Source: an uncultured virus (IMG/VR IMGVR_UViG_3300005265_000003) (Duplodnaviria; Heunggongvirae; Uroviricota; Caudoviricetes). Taken from it: DNA of 64,000 nt. Below the pieces are notes generated by a model, which saw only the letters and a list, made by a program, of their open reading frames with translations, had not been told where the DNA came from and did not search any database. Positions 18,427-26,207 of this stretch are shown one piece after another (position 1 is the first letter of the stretch; each line of letters opens with the position of its first letter). The translations under genes were made by a program, and so were the position numbers. The stretch lies in IMG/VR virus record IMGVR_UViG_3300005265_000003; one strand, given 5' to 3'.

Positions 18427-20328
18427 TCACTTCAATTGCTGAATAGGAGCCTTTCTTGCTTTCTCGACATCTTTATGGATTGTGTCATCCTCAGCTACAT
18501 GAAGAATGCTTTCTCTGCTGCCTTCTCTGAATACAGTTAGTCCCTTGAGTCCCAACTTCCATCCAAGGAAATATAATTCAGATAGCTTTTCCATTGGAAA
18601 GTCCCTTGGCAAGTTTATTGTAGAGCTAATAGAGTTGTCTACATGCTTCTGGACCACTGCTTGCATCTTAACACGCATTACTGGGTCTATTTCATATGCG
18701 GATACGACATAGTCTGGCAAGTCATCTCCGTATTTTGCTGTTAGTTCTTTGAGTGCTGGGTCTCTCATCACAAACTTTCTTTCCTTTAGGCTTTCACTCC
18801 TTCTAAGATATTTCTTTGCAAATAGAGGCTCTATCCCTGATGTTGTTCCTGCTAGGATGCTTCCTGTCCCTACTGGTGCAACAGTTAATATCGCTACATT
18901 CCTCAATCCATATTTCTTTATCAGCTCTATGGTTTCATCCTCGAGAGTCTTAATGAATTCTGCTTCAAGCATCTTCTTGAGGTTAAACTTCGGAAAGGCT
19001 CCTTTTTCCTTCGCTATCATAGCTGATTCCTGATACGCCTTATTCTTTATGAAATTCATGAGCTTGTCAACCAGCTTTAATGCCTCTTCTGTATCATACC
19101 GAACCTTCATTCTCATTAGGAAGTCTGCCAGTCCTGTTATGCCCAAGCCTATTCTTCTTTCTGCGACTGTCACTTTATTTTGGATTGGAATTGGATGTTT
19201 GCCTGCATTATAAGTGAGGACATCATCTAAGAACCTGACACCTAAGCGAACAAGCTTTTCAAGTAACTGCCAGTCTATCTTTGGATTCTCATATGGGTCT
19301 ATTACAATTTTAGCCAGATTAATATGCCCGAGACAGCAGCATCCGCCATGAGGCAATGGAATTTCTCCACACGGGTTTGTTCCAAGAAGCTTGTGGAAGT
19401 ATTCAGAATTCGAAAATCGCTTAATAGTATCCCAATATAGCAGTCCAGGCTCTGCTGACTCCCATGCAGTCTTAACAATCAAATTCCATAAGTCTCTTGC
19501 TTTTACAGTCTTATAAACTTTCTTGACTCTTATGAAATCTTCTCCTTTCACATGAAAGAATGTCTCTTCTGGATGGTCAAAGCACTCATAAATATCCTCC
19601 ACCTCTATTGCATCTTCAGTATATTTAATATCCGTCATCTCTGGATACCATAAATGCCAATAGCCATCTTCTTCGACTGCCTTCATGAATGCATCTCGAA
19701 CTTTAACTGAGATATTTGCGTATCTCACATTACGTCTTTCTGGGTCTGATTTTGCCGTTATGAATTCTTCTACGTCTGGATGCTGACAGTCAATAGAGAG
19801 CAATAAGGCTCCTCTACGATTATATTGCCCAATAGTTCCTGTCACCTGACTGAATATGTCCATAAAGGATGCTGCTCCAGTTGAATATCTTGCTGAATTT
19901 CTAACTTTAGCTCCTCTAGGTCTTAGACAGGAGATATCAATGCCAACTCCGCCACCATAGCTATAAGTTCTTGCCTGATACTTCATTGCATCAAATATTC
20001 CTTCTATCGAGTCATCCTCTATCTTTATGAAATAGCAGTTTAGCAGAGAGTTTTTCACATAGTTATTGCCTGCTCCATAGTGGATTCTACCTCCGGGAAT
20101 AAACTTGAAGTCTTCTAGTAGCCAATAGAACTCTTTAGCCCATTTATCGAATTGCATCTCTGTGGATGCTATTGCATTTGCAACACGTCTCCACATCTCT
20201 CTAGGAGTCTTCTCCAATATCTTATCTCGCTTATCTCTTAACGCATACTTATCTAGAAATACACGAGCCCTTATTTTCTCACCATCAAAGAAGTCAAGGG
20301 TTTCTTTCGGTATCTTCATTTCCAACAC
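18427..20328 (-). CDS. nrdJ: Class II (adenosylcobalamin-dependent) ribonucleotide reductase
   Basis: PGGRI, NCY, GGGVG, TNPCGE, RRIGLG, APVGTGS, SISSTIN and KGLTVFR motifs; no small (beta) subunit gene nearby. Confidence 0.9.
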   Translation of the reverse strand: MLEMKIPKETLDFFDGEKIRARVFLDKYALRDKRDKILEKTPREMWRRVANAIASTEMQFDKWAKEFYWLLEDFKFIPGGRIHYGAGNNYVKNSLLNCYFIKIEDDSIEGIFDAMKYQARTYSYGGGVGIDISCLRPRGAKVRNSARYSTGAASFMDIFSQVTGTIGQYNRRGALLLSIDCQHPDVEEFITAKSDPERRNVRYANISVKVRDAFMKAVEEDGYWHLWYPEMTDIKYTEDAIEVEDIYECFDHPEETFFHVKGEDFIRVKKVYKTVKARDLWNLIVKTAWESAEPGLLYWDTIKRFSNSEYFHKLLGTNPCGEIPLPHGGCCCLGHINLAKIVIDPYENPKIDWQLLEKLVRLGVRFLDDVLTYNAGKHPIPIQNKVTVAERRIGLGITGLADFLMRMKVRYDTEEALKLVDKLMNFIKNKAYQESAMIAKEKGAFPKFNLKKMLEAEFIKTLEDETIELIKKYGLRNVAILTVAPVGTGSILAGTTSGIEPLFAKKYLRRSESLKERKFVMRDPALKELTAKYGDDLPDYVVSAYEIDPVMRVKMQAVVQKHVDNSISSTINLPRDFPMEKLSELYFLGWKLGLKGLTVFREGSRESILHVAEDDTIHKDVEKARKAPIQQLK

Positions 20329-20450
20329 TCTCCTTAATCCATTCCTCTACATATGTCCAAAATTTCTTACATATCGGACATTGACATGAGCCTGGTGGAT
20401 GTTCTGTTATGTGGAGGAATTCTTCTAGAGAGAGCGAATACTTCTTCATA

Positions 20451-20828
20451 CTATCTAACCTTTCGGAGTAAGTCTGGATTTTCTTCTGCGTTCCCGATGA
20501 CTTCAACTTCTTCGATTTCTGTGAATGGCACAAATCCGCCTCTTAAATCGACTTGCCATTGGAGGTCCTTTTCATTCCATTCCACTACACCGTATTTCTC
20601 CTCCCCATTCTTTAGCTTGCATTTCACTACATCCTTATGATATATCTCTCGATTGTTCTTATCCTTCAGTCCAATATACTGCATTATAACAGCTTTATTG
20701 AATGGACCGCGATAATAGCCTCTGCCAGTGAATAAAAAGACTTCCTGTTGGGTGAAGTCCAGTAAGCCTACTACATAAGCATAAGGTGAATATCTCTTTA
20801 ATATGCCTTTAAATTTTACCTCCTTCAT
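20451..20828 (-). CDS. YopX family protein
   Basis: MQYIGLKDKNNREIYHKDVV...EVIGNAEENPDLL. Confidence 0.85.
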   Translation of the reverse strand: MKEVKFKGILKRYSPYAYVVGLLDFTQQEVFLFTGRGYYRGPFNKAVIMQYIGLKDKNNREIYHKDVVKCKLKNGEEKYGVVEWNEKDLQWQVDLRGGFVPFTEIEEVEVIGNAEENPDLLRKVR

Positions 20829-21507
20829 GCTTTAGCCTCCTACTCATTAATTTGTGTGTATGAACACGCTTATATTTTCGCTTCTCTTTCGGAATGCCAA
20901 TGAATTCTAGGATTTTGTCCTGTCCTTCCCTCGTATTAAACTCATCTAGGGAGATTGTGAGCATTCTTGGACCAAGCTCAAGCTGGAGGCTTCGAGTCCG
21001 TAAGACATACAGGTCATAATAAGTACTTAGTGCTTCCTGCTTTGATTTGATGTGGTCGAGGTCAGGCCATGTTTTATGCCAGATATAATCGAATGAATTG
21101 ATTCCTTCTTGCCACTGGTCCATAAGCGGAGATGCCCAATGATTTACACCTAATGCTAGAAAGTGAAATGACTTCACCACCTTCTCCTTATCTCGTTCTA
21201 TAGCTATCACCTTTATGTTACGCATCTGTTGCAAATAAGGAATATAATTGAGATAATAGAAGGCAACATCACCAACTATAGGGTAATCAAGCTCATCCAG
21301 ATATTTCAGCTTAAGTTTAAGCTTATCTAGGTCTGGAAGCCAAGGAAGAGTATGGTCACCATATGTCTGTAACGAATACGGGTCAATTAGCTCATGATAC
21401 ACCATCACTCCTTCCTGCATTGATAGGAATCTAGCTAGTGATTGAGTGCCACACCTACCAGTGCCTATACCGAAGATGTATGTCTTAGGCATGTTATCCT
21501 TCATCAA
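20809..21507 (-). CDS. Sulfotransferase-like P-loop protein
   Basis: FGIGTGRCGTQSLARFL (PAPS-binding loop type), HE, and IERDKEKVVKS (3'-PB-like). Confidence 0.7.
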   Translation of the reverse strand: MMKDNMPKTYIFGIGTGRCGTQSLARFLSMQEGVMVYHELIDPYSLQTYGDHTLPWLPDLDKLKLKLKYLDELDYPIVGDVAFYYLNYIPYLQQMRNIKVIAIERDKEKVVKSFHFLALGVNHWASPLMDQWQEGINSFDYIWHKTWPDLDHIKSKQEALSTYYDLYVLRTRSLQLELGPRMLTISLDEFNTREGQDKILEFIGIPKEKRKYKRVHTHKLMSRRLKHEGGKI

Positions 21508-21664
21508 TCTCTGATACGTTAAACAGAAGTAAGGCTAACAGACTTAATGACCAAGTTGCAAGCCAGAACATCCATATTGGTATTAATGACAGCATTATGC
21601 TTATCGCTAAGCCAAGCATAGCTAGTAGGTATGTGCCAAGCCAGTAATCTATATGCCCCTTCAT
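21494..21664 (-). CDS. Small two-TM membrane protein
   Basis: Read manually: MKGHIDYWLGTYLLAMLGLAISIMLSLIPIWMFWLATWSLSLLALLLFNV... Confidence 0.45.
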   Translation of the reverse strand: MKGHIDYWLGTYLLAMLGLAISIMLSLIPIWMFWLATWSLSLLALLLFNVSEIDEG

Positions 21665-21665
21665 A

Positions 21666-22613
21666 CTACCACATAAGACATTCTAGGATAGCACATAAAG
21701 CTACATATGGGTCGATATTAGCTCCTGGCCTTCTATCTTCAATATAGCCTGCCTTTCCCTTATAAGTGCTTATCGGTATTCTCACACTTGCGGTTCTGTC
21801 CATAATACCCCAAGTAAATTTATTATAGTCACTAGCTTCAAGATCACCAGTTAGCCTCTTCTCATTTCCAGGACCGTAATGAGGCAGCAAATAATTATGA
21901 TTGTCTCCGAGTTTCTTTATTAGCTCGCCTATTGCCTTACCAAAGGCTGCATTTCTTGTCTTCTTGAAGGACAGATTGATGTGACAACCAGAGCCATGCC
22001 TATCATGTATTGGCTTTGGTTCGAATGATACCTCCACTCCCTTCTCTTCACAAATCTTATAGAGAATATACCGTGACATCCATAAATCATCAGCTGCTCT
22101 AACTGGATTTGCTGGACCTATCTGGTATTCCCATTGAGCTGGCACAACTTCGGCATTCATACCGCTGATTTTAATACCAGCTTTAATACAGGCTGCTAGA
22201 TGCCTTTCAGCGATATCTCGACCCTTTATTCTATCCAGCCCAACACCGCAATAAGCGTTAATCTTCGGTGGCTGCCTATCCTCATAAAGCAAGTACTCTT
22301 GTTCAAATCCCACTAAAGGTCCTTTTCCTTTCAGATGTTCACAAACCTCTATAAGCCTCCTTCGCCTGTTTGACTGATGAGGTGTCTTATCGGGATTGAG
22401 CACTTCACATAAGACAAGCTTTCCTTTCATAAAGGGGTTATTGTAGACTCTAACAGGCTTTAGAAGTAAGTCTGATTCCTCTGTTTTTGCTTGATAGGTT
22501 GAGGAGCCATCAAATGTCCATATGCCAGGCTTAGAGCTTGAGGAGACTCTAATTTTGCTCCTCAGGTTTGGCAGTGGCTCAGCTCCATCAAGCCATACAT
22601 ATTCGAATATCAC
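21666..22613 (-). CDS. glnII: Glutamine synthetase, type II (GlnII-like)
   Basis: EYVWLDG, LRSK, WTFDGSST, FEQEY, YCGVG, NAEVVPAQWEYQIGP, GSGCH, RTASVRIP and GYIEDRRP; 315 aa fits GSII rather than GSI. Confidence 0.9.
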   Translation of the reverse strand: MIFEYVWLDGAEPLPNLRSKIRVSSSSKPGIWTFDGSSTYQAKTEESDLLLKPVRVYNNPFMKGKLVLCEVLNPDKTPHQSNRRRRLIEVCEHLKGKGPLVGFEQEYLLYEDRQPPKINAYCGVGLDRIKGRDIAERHLAACIKAGIKISGMNAEVVPAQWEYQIGPANPVRAADDLWMSRYILYKICEEKGVEVSFEPKPIHDRHGSGCHINLSFKKTRNAAFGKAIGELIKKLGDNHNYLLPHYGPGNEKRLTGDLEASDYNKFTWGIMDRTASVRIPISTYKGKAGYIEDRRPGANIDPYVALCAILECLMW

Positions 22614-22636
22614 GCCTCAATCCTCCTTTTGATATA

Positions 22637-22770
22637 GCTAACAATTAGCATTCGTAGGAGCTTCAGAAATGGCCGAGAATCGATTTTTGCACTTTCGAAT
22701 GGTTTAGGTCTTGATGACCATCAAACTCGTCTCTACGGCCACGTATGAAGCTCTGAGAGCGTTTTTTGAC
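22637..22770. repeat. Dispersed ~120-bp quasi-palindromic intergenic element, copy A
   Basis: Arms GAGCTTCA-N5-GGCCG...CGGCC-N5-TGAAGCTC around a CTTTCGAAT..GTCTTG core; similar to 42619-42750 and 47570-47695. Confidence 0.75.
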
Positions 22771-22782
22771 GGCATCTCAACC

Positions 22783-23100
22783 CTAATATTCGATGGTTAT
22801 GTCCAGTACGCCGTTATTAAGACTATATTCCACTACTCTTCTTAGTGGAACTGCCAGGTCTAGTGTTTGATAGTAGCTTTTGCCATTACTGGCTTCTATG
22901 ACAAGCTGGTTATCCTCTATCGAGATGTTCTTGATATTAACATCTGGGAATGGCATGGTCACGTATATTAGCCGCTTATCTTTGTCAAAGACTAAGTCTA
23001 TGTCTTCTCTATATCTTCTTACTCTGTCTCCGCCTACTATCTGACGCAAGTCTTCTAGCATCCGAATAATTCCATCCCAGAATTCATCAAATTCATCCAT
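22783..23100 (-). CDS. Small heat-shock protein (Hsp20/alpha-crystallin-like)
   Basis: C-terminal YSLNNGVLDITI signature; archaeal-style F/D-rich N-terminus. Confidence 0.7.
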   Translation of the reverse strand: MDEFDEFWDGIIRMLEDLRQIVGGDRVRRYREDIDLVFDKDKRLIYVTMPFPDVNIKNISIEDNQLVIEASNGKSYYQTLDLAVPLRRVVEYSLNNGVLDITIEY

Positions 23101-24370
23101 TTAATACCTCCTTTATTTTCTTCTTCCATTGCTTTTCAATCACCTTAATATCCACGTTCTTCTTAGCCCATTCATAGGCATTCTCACCATGCTTCTTCAA
23201 CTCATCCCTATTGTCATAGTAATATTGGAATGCCTCTGCTAATTTATCTGTGTCTATCAATGCTCTTTGGACTCCTGCTACATTAAGCCTATCCCAGAAT
23301 AGCGTTGCATACGGGACTAATATGCCTCTGGGTGTAGGCTCTCCATCTATGATTAATTCTTTCGATGTGGTGTAGTCTGTAGCGATTGTTGGTTTGCCAC
23401 AAGCAGCTGCTTCGATTGTTGGCAAGCCAAAGCCCTCTCCAGCTGTAGGCATAACATTCACATCAAATGACGAATAGATTTTTCTGACCTCATGCCTTGG
23501 TACGTTCACTGGTAATGGTGGTACACACTTATCAGCTATCTTATAGACCTCATGCACAAAATACTGAAGGGGCCAACCAAACATATCATTCCAGTCCTTC
23601 TGAAGGAACAATACAACATCATCCTTATCTTTAGCAAACTTAGCGAATGCTTCTATGAGTCTTACCGGTTGCTTTCTTGGTTGATTTCTATTGATGTCTC
23701 CTATGACGAACTTATCCTGCAAATGTGGAGGCTTTCCGACATCGAAGAATGTCTTAAAATCTACTGCATGATAAATGTAATCTACGTCCATCAGGAAGTA
23801 TTTCTTGAATATCTCTTGACCGTATTTGCTCATAGCTACGACTTCATCAGCAATATAGTATGTGTATGCCCATCTCGGGACTGGTGGCTCTCCGTCTTGG
23901 GGAGCGTACATAAGCCATTTAGTTCTTGGTGGATAAGTCTCCTTTACTGATAGGATAGCATTCTTCAGCTCACCTAGCAGTATATCTTCAGATTTAACTT
24001 GCTTTGCAGGTAAATCAATCAAGTCCATAACAACTTGTCTTCTATGGAGTGTATTTGCTATATGCGAGACCATCTGGATGTCATTGACTGTCAGCAGTAA
24101 ATCTGGCTTTAGCTTATTAAGCAGGTGAGGGATTGAGCGTTCTCCAAAGTCCCACATTTCTCTGGCTCTCGGTATATTTGGATGTTCATAGACCACTCGT
24201 TTATCATCTGCAAAATTGAGCGGAACCTCATGCTCGTAGTTGGTCTGCAATCCTAATACATGCACTTCATATTCATCAGCTAAACACCAAGCGATGTTAG
24301 CTCCATTCGTGGCAAATCCAGTTCCAGCCTCGATTGTATCACTTACTAAGAGTATTACTTCTCCGCTCAT
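23093..24370 (-). CDS. Glycosyltransferase, GT4/GT-B fold
   Basis: TGFA N-terminal loop, NRNQPRKQ, GEGFGLPTIEAAACGKP. Confidence 0.9.
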   Translation of the reverse strand: MSGEVILLVSDTIEAGTGFATNGANIAWCLADEYEVHVLGLQTNYEHEVPLNFADDKRVVYEHPNIPRAREMWDFGERSIPHLLNKLKPDLLLTVNDIQMVSHIANTLHRRQVVMDLIDLPAKQVKSEDILLGELKNAILSVKETYPPRTKWLMYAPQDGEPPVPRWAYTYYIADEVVAMSKYGQEIFKKYFLMDVDYIYHAVDFKTFFDVGKPPHLQDKFVIGDINRNQPRKQPVRLIEAFAKFAKDKDDVVLFLQKDWNDMFGWPLQYFVHEVYKIADKCVPPLPVNVPRHEVRKIYSSFDVNVMPTAGEGFGLPTIEAAACGKPTIATDYTTSKELIIDGEPTPRGILVPYATLFWDRLNVAGVQRALIDTDKLAEAFQYYYDNRDELKKHGENAYEWAKKNVDIKVIEKQWKKKIKEVLNG

Positions 24371-25329
24371 TTCAATATCTCCTCAAAATATTCTATATAC
24401 TTCTTGACTTGATTATCCCATGACAGCCAAGACGGGTCAGGCACATTCTTCAAATCTTTTGATTTAGCGGCCTTTATTACAGCTGCTGCAAATTTATCTG
24501 GCTCTCTTGGACCCACTAATACGCCTTTCTGTCTCTTGATGAATGAATAATGCGGTGAGTCCTTAACTATAAGCTTGGTGTATGAGCCATACATATCGGA
24601 AGCTATGCCGGATTGACTGCCCTTATCATTTGGACCTGTGATATTCCATGAAAACAGCAAGTCACATGCCTGCATAGCTTTATTAAGCTGTTCATCTGGC
24701 TTGAAATCGGTATCAATGCGGAATTGGTCCTCCTTGCCATACATTTTAACTAATTTCTTAATTTGATAACAACGTCCCATATCTCCTGCTTTCCAGAACG
24801 AGGTTATGAAATATAGATACATGTTGTCTTCTAAGCGTGCTAACAGATGAGACAATATAACTGGAAGTCGCTTTCCTGTTCCACATATGAATCCAGCAGT
24901 CCCTATTATGATTTTATCGGTTGGAAGACCTAGCTCTTTTCTGACTGCCATCTTATCTAATCGAGGAAAAACTAATGCTGGGTGTGGAATAATGCGATAT
25001 TTCGGTGGCACTTCATTTGGCAATATTTGTGATTCATCATGAAGGACTAGTCCATCAATTACTCCAAATAGCTGACCTAAACCTCTCGTATGATGAGCAG
25101 TTACTACTATCTTTTCCTGTCTATGGTCTGCGATAAATTGACCAAGCACAACTGGATGAAGTATACCAGGTTCATACTGAACTGAGATAATGTCTACATC
25201 TTTATGTGGCTCATTCACAAAGACATGTGAGTCTATTCCAGCTTTCTGCAGGGCTCTGTTAAGTCTATCTGAGTATGTAGCAATTCCGCATCTCTGTCCA
25301 TATGATTTACACATTATGCCTACTCTCAT
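24367..25329 (-). CDS. Glycosyltransferase, GT-B fold
   Basis: CGIATYS, VQYEPG, IIPHP, GTAGF...K and LSWDNQVKKY patterns. Confidence 0.75.
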   Translation of the reverse strand: MRVGIMCKSYGQRCGIATYSDRLNRALQKAGIDSHVFVNEPHKDVDIISVQYEPGILHPVVLGQFIADHRQEKIVVTAHHTRGLGQLFGVIDGLVLHDESQILPNEVPPKYRIIPHPALVFPRLDKMAVRKELGLPTDKIIIGTAGFICGTGKRLPVILSHLLARLEDNMYLYFITSFWKAGDMGRCYQIKKLVKMYGKEDQFRIDTDFKPDEQLNKAMQACDLLFSWNITGPNDKGSQSGIASDMYGSYTKLIVKDSPHYSFIKRQKGVLVGPREPDKFAAAVIKAAKSKDLKNVPDPSWLSWDNQVKKYIEYFEEILK

Positions 25330-25702
25330 GTCTTGACCCGTATGAATTTATCTGGCACATACATTTCTACATTAATCTTGACCACTACATTAAGTCTACT
25401 TGCATCGTCTGAGACTGGTGAGGAATAGACCTCAACTTCTGGCTGTTTTACTAAGAAGCCAGCACTCCTCAACTCATTTATTTTCTGGTCTAATATTGCT
25501 TGTGCTTGTTTCTCGATGCTTATTTCCATAAATAACCTCCTTTATCTTATTGAAACAGCTGAAACATATCGGGACTCCTATCCGATAAATCCTACGTTCC
25601 AATTTATTCAACTTTAGCTTCTCCAATGGGAATGCTGCCGATGTCGACCAGATATAGAATATCGTCTGCTTCCCACATATATAGCATTTCTTGCCCATAC
25701 TA

Positions 25703-26203
25703 TCACTTCTCGTTCTCTCTGAATATAATCTTTACTTCTGCAAATCCTTGATGGAATAAGACGTCTAATGCCCTGAGCATCCTCTCTTGGTAGCTCTTTC
25801 CATGAGGCATAATGACCTTCAATCTGCCTTTCTTATCCACATATCGGAGTGTCACTAATTTATTTGGTAGGACCCAAATTATTGGCTCCTGCTCCTCACA
25901 TAACACCTTGGCAAAGGCCACTTTCTCTGTTTCATAGACCAAGCAGAGATAAGCTCTGCCTGGCTTAACTTGGAATCGCTCATATTTATCGAGGAACACA
26001 AATTTGCCATTTGGTAATCTGCTCATTAGCTTCTTCGAACCATCCTCTTGTGGGACCCAGCTAAAGATGAGTGACCGTATATCTTTGAATCGCTCATCCT
26101 TCTTTTCTTCAATGTATTGCTTGAATTCTTCATCAGTCTTTGAGAAATCTCCTCTCCGTAGAATAGCATCTTCAATGGTCAGCTTCTTACTATCGGAAGG
26201 CAT
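25703..26203 (-). CDS. Hypothetical protein with a possible TRAM-like OB domain
   Basis: SRLPNGKFVFL...VKPGRAYLCLV...KVAFAKVL resembles TRAM domains. Confidence 0.35.
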   Translation of the reverse strand: MPSDSKKLTIEDAILRRGDFSKTDEEFKQYIEEKKDERFKDIRSLIFSWVPQEDGSKKLMSRLPNGKFVFLDKYERFQVKPGRAYLCLVYETEKVAFAKVLCEEQEPIIWVLPNKLVTLRYVDKKGRLKVIMPHGKSYQERMLRALDVLFHQGFAEVKIIFRENEK

Positions 26204-26207
26204 AACA

